This document shows, piece by piece, positions 41,024 through 51,241 of a stretch of 64,000 nt of DNA. The first letter of the stretch is position 1, and the number at the start of each line of letters is the position of its first letter. Source of the DNA: a virus. The position numbers and the translations under genes are program-made. The stretch is from positions 96,001 through 160,000 of IMG/VR virus record IMGVR_UViG_3300005590_000001. One strand, written 5' to 3'. The notes below the pieces were generated by a model. That model was not told where the DNA came from. It did not search any database and worked only from the letters and a program-made list of their open reading frames with translations.

Positions 41024-41387
41024 TTTTTAACTCACAATTTTCATTTTCTAAAAACTCTATATAATTTTTTAAATTAAAGATTTCTGCTTCTAAATCATCT
41101 TGATGCATATCCTCAGCTTCTAATTCTTTATCATAAGCCTTAAATGCATATGCAAATCCAAAAATAAAATGTAATAAACTACTTTTAAGTAACTCTCCGT
41201 CTTTTAAATCTGGATTGGTAATGATCTCGTGTACACATTTACTATACAAAGAGTATAAAAATTTTTCTTTCTTTACAGAATGAATAATGTTTAAAATTTT
41301 AGATTCATTCATATCTAAGATAGATTGAAGTTTTTCTACAGGAAAATCTTTCAGCAATAAATCTTTTGTTGCTTTGCTAATCTTCAT
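41007..41387 (-). CDS. Hypothetical protein
   Basis: Coupled ORF. Confidence 0.55.
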   Translation of the reverse strand: MKISKATKDLLLKDFPVEKLQSILDMNESKILNIIHSVKKEKFLYSLYSKCVHEIITNPDLKDGELLKSSLLHFIFGFAYAFKAYDKELEAEDMHQDDLEAEIFNLKNYIEFLENENCELKNGNQE

Positions 41388-43230
41388 AATTGGATTGTAA
41401 TATATTATTAAGTTCCATTAAACAATCCAAATTCTTCAATGCTAAAATATCAAATTTTACTAAACTAACATCTTCGAAAGAATACATGTCTAAGGCACAA
41501 ATATTCTTATTTTTCTTTTGATCTCTAGTTATTGGAGCGTTGGATGTTATTGGAAGATCTGAGATGATAACAGCAGATGGGTGAGAAGAGGTTGATTTAA
41601 TTGCACCTTCTAATTGAATTGCTAATTTAAAATACTTTGCCCATTCACCAACAAGTTTATTATTGCCGCTTTCATCAGTTTCAACCCTACAGTAATCATG
41701 GAGTAATTCCGGTTCTTCTTTAAGCGTGTAGAGTAATAGTGAGTCAGTTCCTTCTCGTTTTGAGAATTCTTCCAACTTGTCAGAAATCTTATCTTTGGCC
41801 GGAATTAATTCCGAAACTTTATTCATTGTTGTGTGATCACATACTTGATATACGCGAAGGACATCCTTTAACGCACCTCGTCCTTGTAATTTACCAAAGG
41901 CGACTGCTTGAACAACATGCTCTTCTCCGTATTTTTCTGTAATATATCGAATTACATCATCGCGGCGAGATGTTGGAAAGTCTACATCATAATCCGGTAA
42001 TTGCCCAGCTTTAGCGCGGTCAACAGAATAGAATCTCTCAAAGAGTAAATTGTATTTAATCGGATCGAGAGAGGTAATTCCGAGAAAGAATCCGGTAAGA
42101 CAGCCTCCTCCGGAACCACGAGCTGGCCCCACAAGCATTCCTTGATTAATTGCCCACTGTACATAGTCTTGGACGATGAGGAAATATCCGGAAAGATTGG
42201 ACGAACAGATAAGTTCGAGTTCTGTTTCCAAACGTTTCTTGTAAATTGGATCGTTATCATACTGTTCTTCGAGAACCTTGTAACATATTTCTTTAAGTTT
42301 AGCATTGTCATCGTCGGAAAATTTCGGAATGGCTGGTTTGCTAGTGATGTCATAATCTTCTATCTTATCTACAATTTCTTGTGTTGTATCAAGTAATTTT
42401 TGTGGATAACATTTATTAGCAACCTCATTAGTAATTAAACCATATTTCCCGGAAGTAAAGTATGGTATATCATCCAAATATTTTACTTGTGTATTCTGCT
42501 TAATTGCCACAAATGTTTTATGTGCTGGGGCATCAGACTTATCAATATAATGAGAATCGCCGGTACCAACTGATTGAAATCCATGTTGTTCTGCGAGTCT
42601 AAAAAGAGTTAAACCCAATGCTTGTTGAAGCATATCATCCTTATCAAATAGTTGGCATTCAACATAAAAGTCTTTGCCGAATACATTTTTATATCTAGAA
42701 CATATCTCTATGAATTCTTCTTCGTAAGTTGGGAGAAGATATTGGTCTGCACATTCTAGTGTCTCGCACATAGAGACACCTTCATTATTATAAAATATAA
42801 TATTTGCTAAAGCTGTACCCAAATGACCACATATGACTATTAAACCCTCACTGTGATTAAATAATGCTTCTTCATCAATTCTGGGATAATAATAAAAATT
42901 ATTAGCGGCATACTCGGTTAATTTACACAGATTCTGGAATCCTGTTTTATTTTTTGCAAGTACCACTAAATGATCTAATTTACGATTCTCATTATTCTTT
43001 TCTTTTGCTGATTTTGAATCTTGGCAGATATAAAACTCAATACCATAAATTGGTTTTATACCTTCTTTTTCGCAAGCTTTACATAAGTCTACACAGTTAG
43101 ACATATTGCCGTGATCAGTGAGAGCAACGGCAGTTTGACCATCTGCTTTTACAAATTTTACAATATCTTCAATCTTTGAGAAACTATCCCATGAATATAA
43201 TGAATGTACATGTAAATTTGTAAAGCTCAT
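41377..43230 (-). CDS. dnaE: DNA polymerase III alpha, N-terminal half (PHP, palm, thumb)
   Basis: LHVHS.YS..D, ALTDHG, PRID, DSHY, GPARGSGGG, LLFERF, PDYDVDF, HPSAVII, KFDILAL. Confidence 0.93.
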   Translation of the reverse strand: MSFTNLHVHSLYSWDSFSKIEDIVKFVKADGQTAVALTDHGNMSNCVDLCKACEKEGIKPIYGIEFYICQDSKSAKEKNNENRKLDHLVVLAKNKTGFQNLCKLTEYAANNFYYYPRIDEEALFNHSEGLIVICGHLGTALANIIFYNNEGVSMCETLECADQYLLPTYEEEFIEICSRYKNVFGKDFYVECQLFDKDDMLQQALGLTLFRLAEQHGFQSVGTGDSHYIDKSDAPAHKTFVAIKQNTQVKYLDDIPYFTSGKYGLITNEVANKCYPQKLLDTTQEIVDKIEDYDITSKPAIPKFSDDDNAKLKEICYKVLEEQYDNDPIYKKRLETELELICSSNLSGYFLIVQDYVQWAINQGMLVGPARGSGGGCLTGFFLGITSLDPIKYNLLFERFYSVDRAKAGQLPDYDVDFPTSRRDDVIRYITEKYGEEHVVQAVAFGKLQGRGALKDVLRVYQVCDHTTMNKVSELIPAKDKISDKLEEFSKREGTDSLLLYTLKEEPELLHDYCRVETDESGNNKLVGEWAKYFKLAIQLEGAIKSTSSHPSAVIISDLPITSNAPITRDQKKNKNICALDMYSFEDVSLVKFDILALKNLDCLMELNNILQSNYED

Positions 43231-43832
43231 AATATACCTGTAATTTGAAATAATGCTATGATAGCGGCAGAAGGATACTCCACATCCTTTATATAATAAT
43301 GTAACTTATTAGTGACGGCTGGCATTAAGAAAAAAGAATCTTTTTTACCAGCTTTTTCAAATTTTACACCATGTTTTGGATAATCATCTACCAATATGCC
43401 ATCATTATCAACAACAATTGATTTACTGTGGGTAATAATTAAATTTTTACTCATATCTGGAAAATGATCATTTAACCATAATTGTTTACCGGCTGAACAA
43501 ATACCATTTGGTATAGGTGAAGTTAAGAAGAAAACATTTTCTTTACCATACTTTTCAATACTTAATTTAACACACTGTTCTGCCCACGGTAGAAATGGAA
43601 TAGTTCTCCAAAATTCTTGATCCAGCACTAACCAAAACTCATCATGAGTCATATTTACTAACTCATTTATTTCTCTATGTCCTAGATTTTCAGGATTTAA
43701 ATAAGGATTCTTAATTCCATGAAATTTACACGCCGCATCAGATGTATCTAGTAATGTTTCGTCAAGATCCCAAAAAATTCTTTTCTTTTCAATCTGTTTT
43801 ATCATCATTTTTCCTTCCGCCACCTTCACCAT
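43227..43832 (-). CDS. 5'(3')-deoxyribonucleotidase (HAD, NT5C-like)
   Basis: DLDETLLD, LTSP, GKQLW, ILVDD. Confidence 0.8.
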   Translation of the reverse strand: MVKVAEGKMMIKQIEKKRIFWDLDETLLDTSDAACKFHGIKNPYLNPENLGHREINELVNMTHDEFWLVLDQEFWRTIPFLPWAEQCVKLSIEKYGKENVFFLTSPIPNGICSAGKQLWLNDHFPDMSKNLIITHSKSIVVDNDGILVDDYPKHGVKFEKAGKKDSFFLMPAVTNKLHYYIKDVEYPSAAIIALFQITGIL

Positions 43833-44814
43833 AAGTATTGATTTTGGTTAAGTCAGCATATTGTTCAACCGTCTTTTTCATTCCATCTTCACTAATCTTT
43901 TTATGAAGAAAATCACACAATGATGCTCCATTAGTGAAACTTGTAGGTTTACTAAACGAACAACAATACTTGCATTTCCAACTCTTTTGTGATGGATCAA
44001 ATCTTTTAGGCGGCTTGCGTACATTTTGCATAAGATTAAAATGTTTTCTAATATTATGTTCAGCTTCTTTCAGCATCTCTTTAGTGCCCATAACTGAAAA
44101 AATACCGCCAGCATTTATAAAAAACAAACTCATTATAAATTGTTTCTCAGGATAAAGTTGATTTAATGCATACAAATAGAATAGAAGTTGATGATCCTTT
44201 TTAAGATATTCAACTGTTTTTTCTTCATCTGTAGCGAAATCATTTCTTCGGCCTGTTTTAAAATCCAAGACTTCATATACATCGTCACCGTGATCTATGA
44301 TCGTATCAATCGTTCCACGAATTGCTAGGTGCCCAGTATGTTTTTCTCCGTCAATAGTTACAGAATATCTAGCCCACGGTTCTTTAATTTCAAAATCAAA
44401 GAATTTTTCAGTCTCTATAATATTCAGAGTTGCCGGATCATGTTCTGGATAATCTATCAAAGACTTAGTTAACCATTGATCAATTTCTTTCTCACTAATT
44501 TTTTTGTCAAAATCAATATGAGTTTCTACACCTTTATAGTATTCAATAACTTTTGGCAGTGTCTTTTTATAATCTTTAGCCCAATCAACTTTGACGATAC
44601 CAAAATTATCATCTTCAATTTCAGATTCATTAATTCTTTCGGCCATACCAGCCAAAGCTCTTAACTCAGCACACTTATGGAAGATAGTACCTTTGGTAGC
44701 TGCTGCTCCAGCCTTATTTGAGAACCCAAAAACATATTGTAAATAGTATTGGTGTTCGCAGAATTTATACGTTCCGATTGCAGAGCTTCTAAGATACGGT
44801 ACTAGCATGATCAA
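43789..44814 (-). CDS. PD-(D/E)xK Cas4/RecB-like exonuclease
   Basis: C..QY, GTIFH, RGTID, LDFKTG, QL.FY, CKYCC. Confidence 0.85.
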   Translation of the reverse strand: MIMLVPYLRSSAIGTYKFCEHQYYLQYVFGFSNKAGAAATKGTIFHKCAELRALAGMAERINESEIEDDNFGIVKVDWAKDYKKTLPKVIEYYKGVETHIDFDKKISEKEIDQWLTKSLIDYPEHDPATLNIIETEKFFDFEIKEPWARYSVTIDGEKHTGHLAIRGTIDTIIDHGDDVYEVLDFKTGRRNDFATDEEKTVEYLKKDHQLLFYLYALNQLYPEKQFIMSLFFINAGGIFSVMGTKEMLKEAEHNIRKHFNLMQNVRKPPKRFDPSQKSWKCKYCCSFSKPTSFTNGASLCDFLHKKISEDGMKKTVEQYADLTKINTYGEGGGRKNDDKTD

Positions 44815-45610
44815 TTTTTACCTTTTTATTTTCTAAAAAGTTATTATCAACCAAATATTTAATAACTAATTCATTTTTTTCAATCATATTTAAATCATCT
44901 GGTACGATTAAATCGTAACGATCATTATCAATATTTTTTAATCCATTTTCTGATTTGGCTGAAGACTTCAGAACATTGCGTGAGTGTTTGATTAAACATA
45001 CATTGTCAGGATCTGCCAACTTGCGCTTTTCGCAAAATTCAAATTCATTTAAGAATCTTCCATCTGGAAGAATAGCAACTTCTGGTTGCCACTTTTCCAA
45101 GGTTTTAAAAGCACCTTTAATATGTACATCTGGATCAATGACACGTAAAACATCTGTACCAAAAACTTCTAAGAGCTGGCGATAAGTCATTGGATCATTA
45201 ACTTTGTGTTTGCCTTTGTAATAGCTAGTATCTACTAGCTTATTCATCATTTTCCAAGTAATTTCAGACGGCGAATTCTTATCATCGTCTGAACCATATA
45301 ATTTTTCTAATGGAACACCAAACATTAATGATACAACATGTTTTAACTTATCTGCATAACTTGCATGCATAACATATTTGTAAACATTATGTGCATAAAA
45401 TGTTCTAATATTTTCTTCTTGGGTGTCAATATCAAATTTAAATCCCGTGCCGTCTGCATATTCTACAAACATCTCACCTTGATCATTAAATTTAACAACT
45501 GGCACAACTTCTTTTTGCACAGCAATATAACCATAAATTGCAGTTGCCGTTGTCGTTTTTCCAGATTGCTTAGTTCCAAATAAACAAATTTCTTTCATAT
45601 CTTTTTCCAT
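44789..45610 (-). CDS. Deoxynucleoside monophosphate kinase
   Basis: GTKQSGKTT, YADKLK, RQLLEVFGTD, DGRFLNE. Confidence 0.85.
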   Translation of the reverse strand: MEKDMKEICLFGTKQSGKTTTATAIYGYIAVQKEVVPVVKFNDQGEMFVEYADGTGFKFDIDTQEENIRTFYAHNVYKYVMHASYADKLKHVVSLMFGVPLEKLYGSDDDKNSPSEITWKMMNKLVDTSYYKGKHKVNDPMTYRQLLEVFGTDVLRVIDPDVHIKGAFKTLEKWQPEVAILPDGRFLNEFEFCEKRKLADPDNVCLIKHSRNVLKSSAKSENGLKNIDNDRYDLIVPDDLNMIEKNELVIKYLVDNNFLENKKVKIDHASTVS

Positions 45611-46581
45611 GTTGGTAAAATACTTAATTCTATTTCTTTATCAGTCATGCTATCAATATCTTTTTTAGATAGTTTTGGTGCAAAGATACCGAAGTCATTC
45701 ATGTAATTTTTAATAAACTTTTGTTTGAATTTCTTACCCGCGTCATCATTATCATATGCCAATAAGATTTTCTGAATACCAAGACTTTTCAGTAATTGCA
45801 TTCGTTCTCTACTGAAGTCTCCTCCTAAACATGCCACAGCTGGCATTCCTAGTTGATCTAATCTCCAAACACAAGATACCCCCTCAACTAATATAACCTT
45901 ATTTCTTTCACCAATGCGATGAATATTGTATAAAGTTTTTGCTTTTTGAGAATCTTTTTGCATAATCCATTTCGGACCGAAATCTATACATGGCTTATTT
46001 GGATTATGATACTGTGAGCACTTTTGACATTCGGAGAAATGTGAGCGAGCTACATAACCCATATACTTACCAGAAATATCATGAAATGGCACTACCGCTC
46101 TGTCTTCGGCTGGAAAGTGAAAACAATCTCCAACTTCAAACTTTTCCAACGTAATAGCTGGAAAATTACGGGTGATGGAATAATAGTCTGATGGAATTTT
46201 TAATCCCGGCAAAGGTTCACAGTAGTGAATCTCATTAGAGGTCTTTTCGATTTCTTGCCGTATATTACTGCGGTCTATTGATGTTCCTTCTTTGATAAAT
46301 TTTAAGACTTGGCTGTCTGTAAAAGTTTTATCGTAGTGAGTTTCCAACGTTCCCTTGACTAAGCCAAATACTGATCTTTCATACTTTTCAGAACAATTAT
46401 CACTCCAACAGGACCAAATACCGTTTGGCATTTTGATTGAAGACTTATTGATCGACTGTGATCCGTGAATAGGACACTTTAATTTAATATTATCTCCAAA
46501 CACCTTGTATTCAATATTTAATTTATCCAATAATGAATAAACTCTTTCAGTTGCTAAAATATTAAATTTCGAGATCTTCAT
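45595..46581 (-). CDS. dnaG: DNA primase (Zn-binding plus Toprim)
   Basis: CPIH...C...C, ILVEG, YDNDDAG, KDID. Confidence 0.88.
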   Translation of the reverse strand: MKISKFNILATERVYSLLDKLNIEYKVFGDNIKLKCPIHGSQSINKSSIKMPNGIWSCWSDNCSEKYERSVFGLVKGTLETHYDKTFTDSQVLKFIKEGTSIDRSNIRQEIEKTSNEIHYCEPLPGLKIPSDYYSITRNFPAITLEKFEVGDCFHFPAEDRAVVPFHDISGKYMGYVARSHFSECQKCSQYHNPNKPCIDFGPKWIMQKDSQKAKTLYNIHRIGERNKVILVEGVSCVWRLDQLGMPAVACLGGDFSRERMQLLKSLGIQKILLAYDNDDAGKKFKQKFIKNYMNDFGIFAPKLSKKDIDSMTDKEIELSILPTWKKI

Positions 46582-47992
46582 CTTTGTCTTTATTTTGATC
46601 TTTCTGTTCAGATGGATCCTTTTTACCGTGTAAACCAACTTCAATAATTGAAGCAAGTTCTTTTCTCATATTTAATGAGATGTATTCTCCAAGTTCGTGC
46701 TCCCCACCGTACCGACTTTTCAGTGTAATCAATTTACGATTACCATTTGGAAATCCATCGTTAGTTCTTTCTTCTAACGTTTTGTGTTTAAAAATACTAA
46801 ATGAATTTGCTAACCAAAGTAATCTATCTGATTGAGAAATGACAGCTGTAGATTCTTTATCAATACCGTCACGATTTAGCTGTACAAAACTTAAGCATGG
46901 AATATCATAGCGTTTAGCGAAATCTGTCATCTTGGAAATTTGAAATCCTAAGGCTTGAAATTCGGCCATATCGCCAGCATCATCCATACTCATCAGCTTA
47001 AAATAATCATAGACGATAGCACATTGATTAGCTTTCCCGTCAGCTTTAATACCCACCTCTTTATAAATCCATCTACGAATGATTGATAAGATTTCGTCAA
47101 ATGGCATACCAGCTACAGACTTATGATAAATTGGTCGTTTTTCTAACGCATCTACCGAATTATAAACTTTTTGTTTATGTAAAGGAATGTTGCCAAATTT
47201 ACCATTTTCTACTGAATTAATTTCAACTTCGGCAAGATTAGCAATGAATCTTGGTAACACTTCCTTGTATTGCATTTCAGTGTCCAAGATCAGGACTGGA
47301 AAATCAATACTTGATATGAACAACGATGCTATTTGTCCGATAAAAGATTTACCAACGCCAGATCTAGCACCTATTAAATGTACGCCTGTACGTAATCCAC
47401 CGCCAATAGACTTGTCAAATTCTGACCATCCTGTTGGGATACCAACAAGATCAGTTGGATTAGCTTCCCAATCCTCAACAATACTTTTGGCATCTTGACC
47501 AATTTTAATTGGATTCTCATCACCATTACTATATTTTTTAATAAGATCGAAAATTGCTGATTCAGAAACTGAAAAGATTTTATCAATTGTTTCTGATCCC
47601 GAACATTCTGCTAATTCTTGAATACATTTCTTATGTAAAATTTGACTTTCTTGAATTAGTTTAATATTACGTAAGCGTTGTGCTAATTGACGAACTGAAG
47701 ATGGGTCTGGATCTACTTTAAAAATCTGTTCAATTTTAGTAATGTCTTTTGACTCAATGCCCATTTGCATTGCTTCAGATAAAACAGATGAGACTTTAAA
47801 AGCATTATTATTATGAAAGATTTTTTCGAATGTTGCAAAAACAATCTTATTTAAAAATCCATCAAAATGAGCTTCGTTGATTAAATCAACACAATCTACA
47901 AAACTGTCTTTTCCGCCAGCCAAAATAGAAGACAATAAAAAGTTTTCATCTAGCGTCTTGACATTGTTCACAGACACAATGATATCCTCCAT
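46562..47992 (-). CDS. dnaB: Replicative DnaB helicase
   Basis: GIPTGW, GARSGVGKS, LDTEM, VYDY, QLNR, KSRYG. Confidence 0.92.
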   Translation of the reverse strand: MEDIIVSVNNVKTLDENFLLSSILAGGKDSFVDCVDLINEAHFDGFLNKIVFATFEKIFHNNNAFKVSSVLSEAMQMGIESKDITKIEQIFKVDPDPSSVRQLAQRLRNIKLIQESQILHKKCIQELAECSGSETIDKIFSVSESAIFDLIKKYSNGDENPIKIGQDAKSIVEDWEANPTDLVGIPTGWSEFDKSIGGGLRTGVHLIGARSGVGKSFIGQIASLFISSIDFPVLILDTEMQYKEVLPRFIANLAEVEINSVENGKFGNIPLHKQKVYNSVDALEKRPIYHKSVAGMPFDEILSIIRRWIYKEVGIKADGKANQCAIVYDYFKLMSMDDAGDMAEFQALGFQISKMTDFAKRYDIPCLSFVQLNRDGIDKESTAVISQSDRLLWLANSFSIFKHKTLEERTNDGFPNGNRKLITLKSRYGGEHELGEYISLNMRKELASIIEVGLHGKKDPSEQKDQNKDKDEDLEI

Positions 47993-48512
47993 TTGGTGAT
48001 TTTATCACAAAGTCTCTTTTCATTTCAACCATTTGATGACATTTCTTACACTCAGCTTTAATAAGTTTTACCGGTGGTCTATATTGTTTATCTATTTTCT
48101 TTTCATCTCCAAATTCTAAATGAGGCAACTTAGTTGGCCTTAAGTGTTTGAGGTTTTCAGGAATTTCTGCATCTGGATTTGTAATAAAAATATAAGATTC
48201 TTCAGAATCTGTTTCTAAATCCTCAACAACATCATTTAATTCATTGGTAATTTGCTCTTCAGCATCATTAGTTTCATTACCGAAAAAAGTAATTAAATCA
48301 CGTAATTCTTCGATAGTATATTCTTTAATTGGTTGTAAAGATTTTGACATTTTAGTTGTCAAATATTTATAAAGTTCTCTCTTATTTGCTGTTTTGGGAT
48401 TGAATAAATCTGGAACTTCTAAGTTTTTACCAGTAATTTTATTGTAAGCCTTAACTACTATATCCCAATTACCTTCTAAAATTCCTTTTTCAATATCTTT
48501 TAATAATTTCAT
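47946..48512 (-). CDS. Hypothetical protein with C-terminal Zn ribbon
   Basis: CKKC...CEQC. Confidence 0.55.
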   Translation of the reverse strand: MKLLKDIEKGILEGNWDIVVKAYNKITGKNLEVPDLFNPKTANKRELYKYLTTKMSKSLQPIKEYTIEELRDLITFFGNETNDAEEQITNELNDVVEDLETDSEESYIFITNPDAEIPENLKHLRPTKLPHLEFGDEKKIDKQYRPPVKLIKAECKKCHQMVEMKRDFVIKSPNGGYHCVCEQCQDAR

Positions 48513-48516
48513 ACTT

Positions 48517-48996
48517 TTACTTTGAAAATGATAGACCGTGTAATGTGACCGCCATTTTTTGCAGTCCTTCTAACATACCAAACAATTTACTTACGTACTG
48601 ATTCAAACTAATTACTTGATTATTTAATTCATCAATATGCTGATGCTCATTACATGCGTTTGCCGTAATAATTTCTTTCGGTAAAAATTCTTTTTCCGAT
48701 GTATAACTCTTCCACACCTTAGATAATTCTTTATCCAGTTCGCTTTTTGCTAGAGCTTGTGCAGTCCTAAATTCCGCTAATTTAGCGGAGAGATGAACAC
48801 AATATTGATAGATAAAATACTGAGCTTCGGCACATTCGGCTTTATTTAATCTTTTTAAATCGGCTAAAGTAAGATTGATATAATCGTTATATTCTATTTC
48901 ATTTTCGGCATGTACTTCTTTGATTTTAGCCTGATCAAAAAGGGCCGTTTCTGTGTTATTAATTTTTTCTAAATAAGGATTCTGTGATAATTTCAT
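48517..48996 (-). CDS. Helical protein, possibly UvsY-like recombination mediator
   Basis: Coiled-coil character, near recA; function is inferred only. Confidence 0.3.
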   Translation of the reverse strand: MKLSQNPYLEKINNTETALFDQAKIKEVHAENEIEYNDYINLTLADLKRLNKAECAEAQYFIYQYCVHLSAKLAEFRTAQALAKSELDKELSKVWKSYTSEKEFLPKEIITANACNEHQHIDELNNQVISLNQYVSKLFGMLEGLQKMAVTLHGLSFSK

Positions 48997-49363
48997 TCCA
49001 CTCTTTTTTCTTGTTGTACGGTAATTCTATGTAGAGAACATTATTTAACTCGCACCATTCTTGTTTTAGTATATCATTACTTTGATACAATTTAAAACTA
49101 GCTATATCTTTATGAAAATGTTTATTGAAAATATAGTGTTGCGCACCATGAACTTCTATTAATATATTTAAAGATGGTATAAAGAAATCGGCAATTAAGT
49201 TATTACAGCCGCGCAGTATCACTTCTTCATAAAGAGTAGAAGCCGGAAATCTTTTTTCAATTAATTCCCGGGCTTCTTCTTGTAGTTTAGAGCTATGCGA
49301 TTCTTTGACGTCTTTATCAAAATTAATTATATATTCATTTCCGTTTAGTCCCACAAACTTCAT
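48959..49363 (-). CDS. DUF559/Vsr-like endonuclease
   Basis: ADFFIP...IEVHGAQHY...D..K..WC. Confidence 0.7.
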   Translation of the reverse strand: MKFVGLNGNEYIINFDKDVKESHSSKLQEEARELIEKRFPASTLYEEVILRGCNNLIADFFIPSLNILIEVHGAQHYIFNKHFHKDIASFKLYQSNDILKQEWCELNNVLYIELPYNKKKEWNEIITESLFRKN

Positions 49364-49838
49364 GAAAACTCTCTAACTTTGAAATAGGAATTGAATATGT
49401 ATCTACGCGATGAACAAAACCGCCGTCTCTTGTTCCTTTCTTTATAAATTCCGCTTCTTTTAAGAAACGGTCTTTACTGATAATTCCAAGAAACCACGTG
49501 TAACTTTTGTCCTTCATCGTTCTAAAAAACGCATAATAGTCACACTTATTTTTCATTTGATATGAGGCAACAGAACAACTGTATTCTGGTTTAGGTGCTG
49601 AGGTACAAACTTTCGTTTTTAAATCAATAGCACCCAAACCTTCTACCCAAATATCAAAATCTCTATTATCTATTAGTTCTCCGCCAAAATTGTCTAAGAA
49701 AATTTCCTCCGAAAGGAAGCCATAGATATGGCTTCCTTTGGAAAAAGTTGATTTAGATCCAGTGAAGTTTTTACTTCTATTTTGTGCTCGTTGTAGGTTC
49801 TTCGAGCGGATTTTTATTTGAAGACTCATATTTGACAT
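49335..49838 (-). CDS. Putative PD-(D/E)xK nuclease-like protein
   Basis: G.LSEE, DFD, IDLKTK, CDYYAF. Confidence 0.5.
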   Translation of the reverse strand: MSNMSLQIKIRSKNLQRAQNRSKNFTGSKSTFSKGSHIYGFLSEEIFLDNFGGELIDNRDFDIWVEGLGAIDLKTKVCTSAPKPEYSCSVASYQMKNKCDYYAFFRTMKDKSYTWFLGIISKDRFLKEAEFIKKGTRDGGFVHRVDTYSIPISKLESFHEVCGTKRK

Positions 49839-50907
49839 TTGGATACTTTGATTGTAAAAATTTTAAATATTCTTCTTCGAAATAGTCTAAGTTTTCTTCC
49901 ATAAAATCTATAACTTTATCTTTACCTTTAAGAGACACCATATCATCCGACATAAGCATTGTATAGTTACCACCGCCTCTGATGGTGATTATGTCTGTAA
50001 ATTTACTTAGAATTTCAAAGATTTCCATAGTACGCCATACACCCTGATCGTACCTTAGATAGTTATGAACACCATCTTGGGCTTTTTTAGTCATGATTGG
50101 CCCTATGATTTTATTGTAAGGTATTTGCCAACAAATCAGATTACCATCTTTGTTATTAGCAAAATCTTCATCAGTCACCAACGGTTTCTCACCGTCTAAA
50201 GATAACGGATTATGTTTCGTTTCTAGTACATAATCAGCATCATAATCAAATTTTAAACCACCAGCTGCCTTCATCGGATTGCCATAATGAGTTCCGGTAT
50301 CTGTAATATAATGCTGCACACCAATTACAATAGATTTAGAAGAACGAAGAATATTGCCAATCTTTTTACAAAAATCTGCATTTAATTTAGGTGTCATGTC
50401 TCTACGATCAGCTCTAATCTCACTATCTTCTTGTTGTTCTTTCGGGATAATTTTTCCAAAAGAATCAATGATATATACACTACCATTCATTTCTGGAATC
50501 TGCATCATCTGATAAATATAATTATAAATATCATTACCATTTTTAAATTCAGATTCAATTTTAAATTGTTCAAAATGAATATATTTTCGCATTAGTTCTA
50601 AATCTTCCTCTGAATAACATTCGCGGAAAATGTTACGATCAGATAATCTTGATTCAGTATCAAAATAAAATACATGTCGTTTCTGTTTTGCGCACCGCCT
50701 TGCGAAATCACTAAGCAAAGTTGTTTTGCCCACTTTGGGCAAAGTCCTAACAAACATAAATGAACCTTCTTGTACACCGCCACCCATGCGAATGTCAAGA
50801 TTAGGACTTAGCGAGATAAATCCCAGACTTTCAGTATTCTTCTTAATATCATCTATTGATAAAAATTTACTAAAATCTAATAATGCCGTTTTCTTCTTTT
50901 TAGCCAT
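49777..50907 (-). CDS. recA: RecA/UvsX-like recombinase
   Basis: SPNLDIRMGGG, PKVGKTT, FDTE, IIDS, GG...DY. Confidence 0.8.
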   Translation of the reverse strand: MAKKKKTALLDFSKFLSIDDIKKNTESLGFISLSPNLDIRMGGGVQEGSFMFVRTLPKVGKTTLLSDFARRCAKQKRHVFYFDTESRLSDRNIFRECYSEEDLELMRKYIHFEQFKIESEFKNGNDIYNYIYQMMQIPEMNGSVYIIDSFGKIIPKEQQEDSEIRADRRDMTPKLNADFCKKIGNILRSSKSIVIGVQHYITDTGTHYGNPMKAAGGLKFDYDADYVLETKHNPLSLDGEKPLVTDEDFANNKDGNLICWQIPYNKIIGPIMTKKAQDGVHNYLRYDQGVWRTMEIFEILSKFTDIITIRGGGNYTMLMSDDMVSLKGKDKVIDFMEENLDYFEEEYLKFLQSKYPNVKYESSNKNPLEEPTTSTK

Positions 50908-51238
50908 TTTTTATATTATCACTCTTATTTTTTCTAAAAGTCAAGTTACTCTCTGATTTTTTAAACTCTTTTTGATCTGGCTTTTTATTTTTTAATTCTT
51001 GTCTAATATATATGTCAGATTCTAGTTTCTTTACAGCTAACGAGTAACACCATTTCATTTCTGATATTGATGTCATTACAACATCAAAATCGTAAACTTT
51101 TAAAAGCTTTAACGCAAGACGCATTTGGTGTTGAAATTCAGGTTTATATTTAGCGTTATTCCAAAATTTCTTTGGTAACTCTTCCTTAAATTTCCTCGTT
51201 AGCATAATAGTAGCTAACTTTACCGCTTCGTCATGCAT
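50900..51238 (-). CDS. Hypothetical protein
   Basis: ORF in replication block. Confidence 0.55.
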   Translation of the reverse strand: MHDEAVKLATIMLTRKFKEELPKKFWNNAKYKPEFQHQMRLALKLLKVYDFDVVMTSISEMKWCYSLAVKKLESDIYIRQELKNKKPDQKEFKKSESNLTFRKNKSDNIKNG

Positions 51239-51241
51239 AAT

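Noticed and set aside
39286-41376. Self-splicing intron or split intein joining the DnaE halves
   Set aside because: The interval is filled by coupled ordinary genes with no room for a ribozyme core, no homing endonuclease, and no intein motifs at the facing ends.
41700-42360. Slightly GC-richer patches in dnaE-N (also about 39840-40000 and 20160-20350)
   Set aside because: Short, and coincide partly with Gly/Arg/Pro-rich conserved motifs; cannot be distinguished from noise by eye.
43789-44814. Cas4-like gene as part of a CRISPR system
   Set aside because: No array or other cas genes; stand-alone Cas4-like nucleases are common in phage replication blocks.
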